Source of the DNA: Paragordius varius
Lineage: Eukaryota > Animalia > Nematomorpha
DNA length: 64,000 nt
Direction: 5' to 3'
NCBI GenBank assembly: GCA_964247055.1
Contig: OZ176057.1
Coordinates: forward strand, 372,001 to 436,000
Of the stretch, positions 13,201 through 24,449 are shown piece by piece. A program made the position numbers and the translations under genes. The notes under the pieces are model-generated. The model saw only the letters and a program-made list of their open reading frames with translations, ran no database searches and was not told where the DNA came from. Each line of letters begins with the position of its first letter. Position 1 is the first letter of the stretch.

Positions 13201-16200
13201 AATACTAATAATCTTTCAGATGAGTAATCAATGGATATGATATTGGGTATAATGGAATTTTTGACATAAACTCCGACACCTGATGAACGGCCATTAGATC
13301 CAGACCAGAATAATTTATAATCTAGAATGTTTTTGGAACCAGTGTTCTTCCAGCGAGTTTCTTGAACGCAACATATTTCGATGTTCTTGGAGAAGAGCAA
13401 AGCTGCTATTTCCTGACTCCTTCAGACGAATGATATGATTAGTATGGAGTGTGGGATTCGAACACATCTTATGTTTTGTTATAATGTATTGATATGATAA
13501 GAACAAGCAAAAAGCGAGAAAGAAAAGTGAATTAGCGATAAAATACTGAAATAAATTATGGAGCAACCGTTTTTTACGCCGTGTATGCCCTTACCCGGCA
13601 ATCAGAGAATCTGGAGGAAAGTAAATAAACGTTTAAAGAAAGATGGTGGGTTACAGCTGTTAAAGCGAATGTATCCGCCATCTAAAAATATTTGGATTTT
13701 AAATGTGTCCAAATATAAAGAAGTTAAGTTCACAAAGACGTGTATGCGATTATTCCAATTTCTAAAACCCATAAATAATTTGTTATGTATACATCATTTT
13801 CTATCCTCCAATTTAAAGAATTCAAAAACTGGGTAGATTTTATTATTTCGCTATGTATGCAAATATTTCGATTTTCATGACTCATATATATCTAAAAAAT
13901 GTAGTTCGATAATATATGTACATATTTCTTCCAGAAAACTTTGGATTTTGCATGCATGTTTTAATACTTATCCATTTTTAACTGGGGTTATGTAAACCCC
14001 TTTTAGTGTCGTAAAATTGAAGCAACATTACTCAAACCTATATATTATTTGTTAAATATACTTTAGTTTATATCCTCCAATTTACAGAATTCAAAAATTC
14101 GCAATATTTTTAAAGCCATTTTGAAATTTTAATAAGTCTACCTGGAGCAGACTTATGATGAATGTATGATATTTATTCAAAAATGTAAGCATAAGGACGT
14201 AAGTAATACTTACCCGAACATGGGTCATAATATCAAGTTTTCTAAATAAATTTTTTTATATTTCAGGCATTAATGTTATATCAGTGCAAACTTTTGCAAT
14301 GGTTTCAATTTGTTTCATATTTTTCGAAATATTTGATTGTAAACAAGCCTGGAGTCCCCAATGAACATTCGAATCAGATGAAATGACTTTGTTGTATCCA
14401 AATGTCAAAAAAACTTTAAATAGCTTAAAAAGCTTTAAATAAAGCATAGATATAAATTTGCCTAATATCTAAAATATTTTAAGATATTTCAATTTTACAT
14501 CGATCTGGGAAATAAAACTCCCCAAATGTCATTAAATGTTACAACTGTTCTTTATATATATATATATATATATATTCATAGCTTTTTGTTTTACATTAGA
14601 AAGTTTTTAACAGTTGAATTTTTATGAATGTTTAGTTAAAATTAAGTTAACTCATGAATACAGTTTTCATAAAGAGAGCCATACTATTTCACCCATAATA
14701 TTTTCCACCTAACCTTTAAGATTTATAACAATATACCATTTACACTTCAAGAGTGTCCTTGAACAATTCAAGTTGGTCCTTGAACAGTTCAAGTTGGTCC
14801 TTAAAATTTATTAATTTTGATTTAACCATAATTTTTGCATTTATTTTTTTATTTAATTATTTATTAACCTAATTTTCTTTATTTATTATATACTTATTCA
14901 TTTAAAAATAAATTTTTTTATTGAAAAACCACTTTTTTGTTTAAAACTATTTTTTTTCAATTGAACAAAATTATTGACTTTTAAATGTTTTTAATGAAAA
15001 ATTTTAATTAATAACCCAGAAAACTAATATAATTTTTCATTTCATGTTAAAATCTTATAAATATCCAAATTTATTTTAAGAATTTAATAAAGATATACGG
15101 TTTTTCAAAGATTAAAAGTTGATATCGATTTAAAATTTATGTTAAATAATAGAAAATAGGTTAAAAACAATAAAATAGACGAATTATTTTCGATGTGATT
15201 GATAAAAGTTAAAAACAAAGCAAAAAAGTTAAAGGACCAACTTGAATTATTCAAGGACCAACTTGAACTGTTCAAGGACCAACTTGAACTGTTCAAGGAC
15301 CAATTTGAATTGTTCAAGGACCAACTTGAATGTTCAAGGACCAACTTGAATTGTTCAAGGCTCTTGAAGTGTAAATGGTATATATACTCTATTGAGTATT
15401 GCCAGAAAGTTATATTTATTGCCAAATAGCATATAGGAAGTATTTTTGGCTTATGGCTATTTTCACTTTGTACTATTATTAGCCAATAATAATTCTCTTT
15501 GCTGCATATGCTATTTGGTAATAATTTACTATTACTGTAATTAGGTGTTACCATATAAAAAATATATAATTATAAAAAAATGACCTTGTTTATATAGCAA
15601 TAAAATGTTTGTATCTTTTAGTCTTTAATAATATATTTTATCAATTTAGTGGATAGTAAAACTCTGGCCGAACAAGAAGAAATGCGAAAATTAATGGGAT
15701 TTTCCGATTTCAACACCACCAAAAATAAACATGTTCTGGGTAACATAGAAGTCCCTGACGCTGTAAACATACTGAAAAAGAGAAAATACAGGTGCGTCAT
15801 TTTCCATAAAGTTAAAACTTTTTTCATATTAAACAGCAATACTTTTTTATATCTTGATTTTTTTCAACATAATCTATTGTTTTGGGTCAACGATTAATAG
15901 ATATAAACTGGTAACATACACTAATTCTTACATTTGACAACAATTTTTAAAAAAATACCTGCCTCTATTTACGGTTTTCTTTTTAATTTTATTTTAAACT
16001 CTTATAGTTAAAACCTTGCATATCAAAAGGCAGAATAGCATGCCTTTTGGTGAATCTTGATTTTTCTATATTTTTTTATCATATCCTGTATATATGTAAT
16101 ACATACAAATTAGCATTACTTTATTTTTTAATATCTTAAACGATGAATTATATTAGGAAAAATAAGGTTTGTTTTTTAACAAGATATTCGTTTTTAATTT

Positions 16201-18855
16201 TCATCATTTGTTTTTATTAATTTTACCGTAAATTTGACATTTTCAGCGGTAACTATATATACCCAATTTACACTTCAAGAGTCACCTTGAGCACTTCAAG
16301 TTGGTCCTTTGATTTTTTTGTTTTGTTTTTTACTTTTATCCATCAAATCGTGTATCCTTCATTTACTTTATCATTTTTAACCTTTTTTCTATTATTTAAC
16401 ATAAATTTGAAATCAATATCAAGACAAACTGTATGTATTATTTTTTAAAATGGATTATAAGATATTAACCCCTAATTAAAAAATTATAAGTTTTGTGGGT
16501 TATTATTTACAACTTTTCATTAAACATTTAAAAGTTAATAATTTTGTTAAATTGGAAAAAATAGTTTGATACAAAAAAAGTGGTTTTTGAACAAATATTT
16601 TTATTTTTATATGAATAAATATTTAACACTGGGCAACAAATTTTTTTGCCACTCGAGTTTTTTGCATTTTCTTATATTTAGTATCATTTTAACGGTAAAT
16701 CTGAGATAAAAATAATACTTGAGAGAAGAATTTTGTATAATTTGATTTCTTTGATTATGCGCCCTCATTATAAAAATTTTATTAAAAAATGTTTTTCTTT
16801 GAAAATATACAAGTAATTCTCATTTGTAATATATCATTCGAAAGAGTAATCTATAAAATGTATACTAATATGTATTACATTGACAGCTAATATTGGACAC
16901 AAAGAGCGTTCTTTAATTATTATATTTTTAAAACTAATGGATGAAAATAGCTCAAACTTTGTTTATATGGTGATGAATGTTCAAAAAAGATAACAAAAGA
17001 AAGTTTTTTTTATTAAAACATTTTTTTATTGCTTTTATGTTACTCAAAACAGCCATTTTTAAGTTTTTTGATTTTGACAATTACCATCTCATCAATATTA
17101 AGCTAATAATTTCGAAATTTTAAAGATTAAAACAAAGTTTAAGGTATTTTTGATCTTTTATAGCCGTAATCCAAATAACTTTTACATCCGATTGATTTAA
17201 ATGACTTACCACCATTTAAAAGATGCAATTTTTTGCGCTCTTTCGAATGATATAAAATACATGGCTTCATATTTGAAACTTTTAATTTTCGAAATTTCGA
17301 GTTTAATGCTAAATCGGGGCCAAAAATTATCGATAAACTCTAATATAAAAAATTCTTGCAAGCTAGACCAATTCTTTTCAGATATACTAATTATGTTGAA
17401 TGAAATAAATTTTAAATTTACAAGAATGGCATTTAAATAAGTTAAAAGTTGTTGTCTAGTGTAATAAATAAAGAAAATTTATAAATTATGCTGCGAAACA
17501 TGGCAAATAAGTAAAACACAGGAAAATATGCTGGATAATATGGAACAAAGATTGATAAATACATTTGAGCGAACAATCTCTCATGATAAACAAATCCTAA
17601 CAATCTCAAAATATATTCAAATCCGTAGACTTGGCTATTACGGTCACATTCAAAGATTAGATAACGATAATTGGATTAAAAATATAACAAACTTTAAGCC
17701 AAACAAACAAAACAGAGTTGGTCCTCCATCTAGCAATAACATGGGACAAAAACATTACCCAAGACCAACAGGCCAAAAACATAAAAGCCGGGGACTGGTT
17801 AAACAAAAATTCCTTCAATGCAATGATTAAACACCTAAATATCAAAAATTAGTTTTAAAAATAAAAAAATACATGCAAAAATTATGGTTAAAATAAATTT
17901 AAATAAGGACCAATTTGAAGTGTTCAAGGACCAACTTGAAATGTTCAAGGACCAACTTGAAATGTTCAAGGACCCATTTGAAGTGTTCAAGGACACTCTT
18001 GAAGTCATACAGCAAATTAAACGTTTTACCATATTATTAGAATTTACTTGATCTTTTAGCAATTAGTTCCGATTTTATAATTGTGCTCTGAGTTCCCAAA
18101 ACTATAATTTTCGTCTAAAGAAAACTTTTATGATTTAAAATATTATATTACTGAACCGACGTCATCAATTATTATTATTACTTGTAATGTGAGAAAAAAA
18201 TGCCATTTTTGAATTTTTTGTAAATCACAAGTCAGTAAAGACAGTTTTTCGTATTTTATAATTATTTTTATTAACTATTGACACTACATATGCTTAAAAC
18301 TTTTTTAAATCCATCTATTTCTAAAATTAATTCGTAGCTTTCATTGTCTTGAATAAGTTTTATTTTGTTCTTTTTTGGGTCACAGCTTGCTGAAGGCGTG
18401 GATTGGACAATTAAAATTAAATTACATTTTTTGTTTTTGAATAAACGGCTATTAATTTAAAGTGAAAATCGTTTATAGTATAATGTGTTTTACTACTTAA
18501 ACTTTGATTTTAATAAAATTATATATACGGTTTGATTTGATCAATTTTCACATATACAATTATGTCATATCTTTATATCTAAATTAAAAATATTTTTAAG
18601 ACAAATTTTGGGAAACATATATACTTTATTTAGGTCAAAAAATTTACAAATTTACGTTTGTCGCCTTTTAAATTTGTTTTTAGTGGTTTTAAATGCTAAT
18701 TTATAACCGCCTTATAGTTTTTAGCAGAAAATAACCAATTATAACTTTTATATATACCTTTTTGATTTTATTATCTTTAATATTTGTTTTTATCTTGTAG
18801 ACAATACATGAATCGGAAAGGAGGATTCAATAAGCCATTAGATTTTATTGCCTAA
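7237..18855 (+). CDS. SNRNP27: U4/U6.U5 tri-snRNP 27 kDa protein, 6 exons, 120 aa
   Basis: Exons 7237-7252, 7277-7333, 7357-7390, 7412-7470, 15650-15791, 18801-18855; all introns GT-AG with matching phases; total 363 nt. Protein MVSPYRRRSRSRSRDRYGRDHHRKRKSPLRERKRSRS...EQEEMRKLMGFSDFNTTKNKHV...[23 protein letters not shown]: RS-rich N-terminus plus the diagnostic SNRNP27 C-terminus ([22 protein letters not shown] in known orthologues). Confidence 0.95.
8659..9070 (+). pseudogene. Frameshifted Myb/SANT/MADF-like ORF in the left arm, mirrored at ~10060-10390 (-)
   Basis: Joined frames give EEFIFHRYPILY...KLGQLYLEVKKELDYGISLNQIIKMYNNIQYNLKKK, which fits a trihelix MADF/Myb pattern by eye. Harbinger elements are known to carry a Myb-like second ORF. 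Inferred, not HMM-confirmed. Confidence 0.4.
9270..9765 (-). pseudogene. Decayed Harbinger/HARBI1-type (DDE_Tnp_4) transposase fragment
   Basis: Across frameshifts and stops: VPPETVDFI..., FLGYLA..., FGISRSYATRIISYV...WINF, LCIVGAI-CTHVEI, NHNI*ANVDNNEYFTFLGIKYPGRNYS. These match the Harbinger motifs FGIS.ST..RII, GAIDCTH, N.Q...D...F and PG..HD in the correct order. Confidence 0.75.
10500..13676 (-). mobile_element. Full-length RTE-clade non-LTR retrotransposon (APE + RT + PHD-type finger), frameshifted
   Basis: Exact 17-bp TSD GCCATCTAAAAATATTT at 10483-10499 and 13677-13693. APE in ORF 12816-13400 (CCVQETRW, SVYAPQ, GGDLNSH). RT in ORF 11147-12388 (GLHQGSILSPLLF, LYADD). C-terminus in ORF 10639-11196 (KFTYLGD, LYGTETW, RLRWAGH, GRP). 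Confidence 0.95.
14732..15382. mobile_element. Foldback-type MITE, subfamily 1 (21-bp subterminal arrays)
   Basis: TIR TATACCATTTACACTTCAAGAG / CTCTTGAAGTGTAAATGGTATA. Unit TTGAACTGTTCAAGGACCAAC occurs 2-3 times in the left arm and 6 times in the right arm. Confidence 0.85.
16627..17461 (+). mobile_element. Chapaev3-like (CMC) MITE, internally deleted copy
   Basis: TIR CACTGGGCAACAAATTT / AAAGTTGTTGTCTAGTG with TAA on both sides (16624-16626, 17462-17464). Near-identical to 26745-27850 except for a ~240-270 nt internal deletion. Confidence 0.85.
17480..17835 (+). mobile_element. 5'-truncated RTE LINE, 3' fragment
   Basis: ORF 17528-17830 contains RRLGYYGHIQRLDNDNWIKNITNFKPNKQNRVGPP, matching the RLRWAGHIYRAQDTNWIK...KGRP tail of the LINE at 10500-13676. 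Confidence 0.75.
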
Positions 18856-19749
18856 CTCAACGGATCAATTATAATTCACAAATATTAAATAAATTTTTAT
18901 ATGATAATTTATTCCCTAAATTAAAAAATTGCAGACAAAACCTATAAACACATAAAAACAATTGTTTTTTATCAACGATAATTGCTATTATGCGGTAAAA
19001 TTGCGATATGATATTTCTTTATTAGAATTTACCCAATATACGCCTTCAAAAAATGATTTAATGTTTTATATACTAATAACGAAATTTTTTGCATGCAACA
19101 AAGCGGAAGTAACGTTTGGAAACCATTATATATATATATATTATATATACCTTTCTTATACAATGAGAAAGAGTTTTTATACTTAAAAGTTGTCATTGAC
19201 CATTTTGGCTATTGATTCTGGCTCTAGGCTATAAAACTCCCCAAATCACACTGAGTCGATAAATCTTTTTTCTCTATTGAACTGCAAAGGAAAATAAATA
19301 TATTGAACCTTTTTTAAAATAATACGCTACTTCCGCTTTGGTGCGAATGACAAATATTTATTTTTTCATATAAGCCTTATTTTGAACGCGATATATTGGG
19401 ATAACAATATATGATAAATTAAATAAGCTTCAAAGCCTTTAACCCATAATATTTTGATTCAAATGTGACGCCAAATGCACTTTTTAGTATCAATTCATGT
19501 TAATTCACCTATGAAATTTTAAATCGTTAATACTCTGTGTTAAAGAAAATCCGTCTGGTATATTATCAAATGAAATTTTGTTGACGCGTTTTATCTGTTA
19601 CAATTAATTTTATTCGAGTAGTTCGACACGATTTGGAATTATTGGTTTTGGCTATTTAAATAACTTTTTTTCTAAATTGTCAACCGCATTTATTTTTCAT
19701 ATTCATTACCCTGAATCCTTCAACTATCAAATGATATATGATTCATAAA

Positions 19750-22700
19750 TAGAGCATTTTTTTGCTCCCGTGTTATATACTGTGCATGTTAAATCCCATC
19801 AACACTTAACGCTATTCCCAAAATATTTTTTATTATTCAATACTGTCCTCTGTTTTACCCTTAATCCCTAACTTCACAACAACTTTTCTAATCTGTTAAT
19901 CTTTTAGGTAAATCCAAACTTTTTAATTAAAAAACAAATATTATGTTATCCAACACACAAGATCTAATCCTTGTTATAATTCCTTAACTAAAACAATCAA
20001 AAAACACCCTGAGCTGTCTTAAATATAATGTTTATAATAGACACAGAATATAAGGTACTTACTTTCTTTCGAAATAGCACCAAATTATCTTGAGATCTCT
20101 GTCCAAAGCCTTATCAATATCTATACAAACTGCATATTATTCTTTTTATGTTCCAAATATTTTCCTATATCTTTATTTATAATATATGCAGGCCGTGATA
20201 TTTAAACCTTTCGCTTGGTAAGTCAAATTTGGTAAATATACTAATTAACTTTCAGAGCTTCCAACACTCAATGCTGATATATCATCTGGCCCAGTAGCCT
20301 CTTTTTAATTCATCCTTAACATTTTTGTTTCCTCCTTCGTAACATCGTTGATATGAGTATGAGAATCGTTCTCTTAAGTAAAGATTGAAGTTTTGTTCAA
20401 TTCTTTAAACTCATACAATATACAGTAATATTAAATTTATACAGACAAACCATAAAATTGAAAGACAAATATATTTTAGAAAAGACACCATTTTTCAAAA
20501 TTTACTGTAAAAATTGATAAACGGACAAAATCTAAAAATATAAAGATATAAAATTTTTTCCAAAGACAACCACACTTTTTTAAACCTTAATTTATCCTAT
20601 ATATATTTAATCTATATTTATAAAAATGGAAAGAGGTGGCTTTGTGATCTGTTTCCGGAAAACCGGTAGACCCATTTAAATCGAAATATCGAAAATATAT
20701 AATCATTAAAGAATGCCCCGACAATAGCTTCGATCTTTTTTCGAATTAGGCCCCCATTTCGGGCTTACCCCGTGTATAAAACGGTTTTTTTTTGAAAAGA
20801 GAAGTTCACAAAAAATGTGTAATTTTCCCGGAATTATGTTGGACCATTCGATTTCAAATATGATTTTTTTTACTTATTTACGATTGCGCCCATAGTCGGC
20901 TCGCTTTTTTAATTTAGGCTCTACTTTTACCCGCATCCCCGTAAAATGCTATTTTTTTCAAAAAAATTAAGTTCACATAAATAATTTTTGAAACTATTTT
21001 TCGCCCAAAGCATGAGATCATAAAAATTTAATGATTCCAGGTATTCCCTGTTAAAAGGCAAAAATTTTAGTCAAGCGTTTCTTTTATATTGGCTGCCGGG
21101 TATCCGTCACGAAATAGTGTGTCTTTGGGGTTAAATTTTAGAATACCTACCAGGCCCTATGAGTTCAATCCCTGCTTATAATATTAACCTTAAAAAGTCC
21201 AAAATGAACGGTTTTTTTAATTAGCGGTTAAATAGGCCTTTACGCCCTAAATGCGCTATCATTAAACTATTATTTAGTTAAGCCATTCTTCCATAAACAA
21301 TTACGAGCATATGGATAAATGATGATTCCAGGTATTCCCATATAAAGGCAAAAAATATTATCGAACGTCTTTTTTATGGCCTCTGAGTAGGGAGCTACCC
21401 GCCTAAAACTTCGCCACCATATGTGAATTGCGTTCTTTAGGATTGATTTTCAAAAATCAGGCCATATAAGTTCTATTAGGGCCTGAAATATTACCCGTAA
21501 AAAGGCAAAAATTAAGTCGCGCGGATTTTTTAAATTAGGTGTTAAATAGGCTCTGGGGAGGGGCTACCGGTGTAAAAATGCGTCACTATATCGATACAGC
21601 ATGCCTTTGAAGCCAAATTCCAGAAAACTTATGAGACTATGTGAGTTCAATAAGAACATAAAATATTTATTGCCCCTCAAAAAACAAATATTTTAGGATA
21701 GGGGATTATTTCAATGAGTCGCTAGAAAAGTTTTAAGCCCTGAAAAATTCACCGCGATAGAACAATTTTTGGTTCTGAAGCAATGTTTCCAAGAATAGGA
21801 TATGGACATTATAATTCAAGATGTTCCCCATATAAAGACAAAAATGTTACTCAACGAAGAAGCTACCCAAAAACTGTGCCACTATATAGAAATTGCGTTG
21901 ATTTGGAACTTTAAAACTTATGCCATATGAGCACATTTAAAGTTCGAAATATTACCCGTAACTAGGTAAAAATTAAGGTCAGGCCTTTTTTTATTAGCTG
22001 TTAATTTGGGGCCTTTATTCCATAACGCCATCATATAACTATTATTTAATGTTGATGTATTTTTTCGAATAACCCATGAGACGATTGACTCAAAAATGAT
22101 TCCAATTATTTTCCCTATAAAGGCAAAAAATTCAATTTAGCGTTATTTCCATATAGGCTTATGGGTAGGGGTGGTCTACCGGTTTAAAACTGAAACGCCA
22201 TACAAAAATGGCGTTTTGGAGCTAATGTTCAAAAAACTTAAGAAGCCATACGAGTTCAATAAAGGCTTTAAATACCCATAAAAAGGTAAAAATTATAGAA
22301 TAGCGGTCTTTTCCGTTAGCCGTCAATTTGGGGCTTTTACACCAGTAAACAATATAGAGATCATAGCTATTAAATAATGTTTCGAAATAATCCAAATATA
22401 TGGATAATTTATTGTCCCTTTTTTCAAATAGCCCCCCCCCAGAAGTCTGGACTTCCTCGGGCATAGCAGCACGAGATTTACGCTAGTTCCTTTTAATTAT
22501 AATATTTTAATGTTTAAGTTATAAAGGTTGATTCTTTTCTCTTATCATCTATTCATCAAAATTCAACCATGCCTCTCTACATACTGATGGTTTTCTACAT
22601 TTTACCTCAGAAACTTGTTACCTGCCTCTCTTAAGTTGTTACTGACAATAATCGATCTTCTAAAACAGTTTTCACCAACCTAATCATCCCATTTTAGTCG

Positions 22701-23250
22701 ACCTTTATATATTGATTTTTGTCTAAAAACTCACATACAACGGATTATGTATAAAACTTATATCCGTGTTATGACTTTATTTTACTAATTTTGCTTTCTG
22801 GATCAGATAAAGTCTTAATACTTAGAGGATCTGCAAATGGGAGTGTTTATTTGAAATATGTATTACTTTTCATCAACACACCTGCGAATATCTAGAAACC
22901 ATCATTTGTTTCCCTGTCTTAAATTAAATCTAACCAATAATGAAACCCTTTTCTATTAACACCAACGTGTCCATTACACCTAAAGATTCTATCAAGTAGC
23001 TGATTAGCTAATTTTTTATCCAATTCTTTAAACTGTTTTTCTTTTCCTTCCACATTCAAACCTATTAGTGGTACATATATTCCTCAACTTCATTCGAGTA
23101 TTTTTACATTAAACCATTCCCCTCCCTCGTACTCTCTACTGCATAAAACAATCTTTGATAGCCATCATCTGTGGAGATCGCTACCTTTTCAAGCACCACC
23201 TGAATCGTTAGTCTTTTTATAAAATTAACAGTATCTAAAACCAAGTGTTT
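19750..23250 (-). mobile_element. Highly degenerate RTE LINE, interrupted by a MITE and a Helitron
   Basis: APE remnants at ~22520-23200 (GYQRLFY, NGHVGVNRKGF) and RT remnants at ~19750-20380 (ATGPDDISA, CIDIDKALDR) lie in the correct order on the minus strand. Many stops; boundaries approximate. Confidence 0.55.
20611..22486 (+). mobile_element. Non-autonomous Helitron carrying an internal ~150-bp tandem array
   Basis: 5' end A|TCTATATTTATAAAAATG. 3' end has hairpin CTCGGGC(22456-22462)/GCACGAG(22469-22475), then 7 nt, then CTAG|T. Inserted between A and T with no TSD. Internal motif AAGGCAAAAA-like recurs at ~21056, 21194, 21346, 21502, 21836, 21965, 22121 and 22284. Confidence 0.75.
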
Positions 23251-24449
23251 AATCGTCTCTACATATTAAATTTTTTTAAATTTTACAATTTCAGATAGTT
23301 TGCTTGACACAGTGCTCTACCTATAATATGAAGGAAATCTTTACATGATTGCACCAAGCAATTCGGTCATAGGATAATTTCTCACCACAACTTTACATGT
23401 AAAATTTAATGATTAAAATTCTATGGCAAGAAAAAAACAGTTTGAGAGGCTCATGCAGCCCGTGGTTTCGGTTTAATTACCACTTATATATTGGCTCTTT
23501 TTTTCGTGTTGGTTAATTGATTTATGGGCGCTATTGTTTATGGTTTTTTACCAGACGTTTATTTTATTAATAGATAGGTAAAAAACGTATGTAAATAATA
23601 ATTTCGAATTCTGTTTAAGTAAGAATAGGTTTATAATAAAATTAAACGGTAATTCCATTTCAATCGGGCACAATAAAAAATCTAATCATATAATCATTTT
23701 TTAGAACTAATAATTATACAACAAATTTCAAAATTATGCTGGTTACATTCTGACAAGAAACTAAAAAAATAATATATAACAATAAGTTTTATTATTAAAA
23801 TTAAAAACTAAGAACGAGGTATTTTTGGATCCGAAACCAGAGTGATTCCTGAAAACTGCGGCCAGAGCCGCGTTCCGGTTGGAAGCCCTGTTGAGTTATT
23901 TTTTAGAGGCCAGATAATTATACCACATGACTGCTCTTACGGGTGAGACAGCTAATATAGTATTCCAAGATTTTATTTTTTCGTTACTCGCGATTACAAA
24001 AAAGTGGATCGACCATGATATGAGCCATAAAAAGTATAATGCTAAAAATTATTGCGCGAAAGGATTTACTTTGTAAAAGTACATTTTAAATTAGGGTTGG
24101 GTTTAACCCATACTAAAAATTTTGCCTATATAAAAAAATTTAAGGCCGTTTATGTCATGCTTCAAAGATTGCTTGAAATTTTTGGGGACGTTAAACGTTA
24201 ATTTTACAGAGGGAGGACAGCGGGCATGAGAAGTTCCAAAATAACAAAACATAAAAAGTAATAAACGAATGTGGTTATATAAACAACCAAATTTAAACCT
24301 TGATTTTGACATTATATCGTTTTTGGTTATGAAATAAATAATTTATGAATTAATTTAAATTTTTACCATATTATTTTTCAGTCAAAACAATACTTAACCT
24401 GATATGTGGCGATATTTTATACAACCCTTTTGATTAATAATAATTACAT

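Larger units (their letters stand above)
8217..14039. mobile_element. Fold-back PIF/Harbinger-derived element with ~0.8 kb inverted arms, interrupted by a LINE
   Basis: Left arm ~8217-9050 is the diverged reverse complement of ~10015-10499 plus 13677-14039, which join up once the LINE is removed. The spacer holds Harbinger transposase motifs. No clean TSD seen; boundaries approximate. Confidence 0.7.
16258..18005. mobile_element. Foldback-type MITE subfamily 1, opposite orientation, split by two nested insertions
   Basis: 16258-16626, 17462-17480 and ~17840-18005 together reverse-complement the 14732-15382 copy. The 21-bp array is at ~17905-18000. Confidence 0.75.

Noticed and set aside
15199-15429. 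Periodic ORFs (FKDQLEL repeats; also 15105-15554, 17835-18062, 43586-43771) and a CRISPR-like look
   Set aside because: They are translations of 21-bp MITE subterminal tandem repeats. The units are contiguous with no unique spacers, so neither genes nor CRISPR.
17201-17440. Similar ORFs at 17201-17440 and 27634-27834 suggesting a duplicated gene
   Set aside because: Both lie inside copies of the same Chapaev3-like MITE, differ by frameshifts and show no protein motif.
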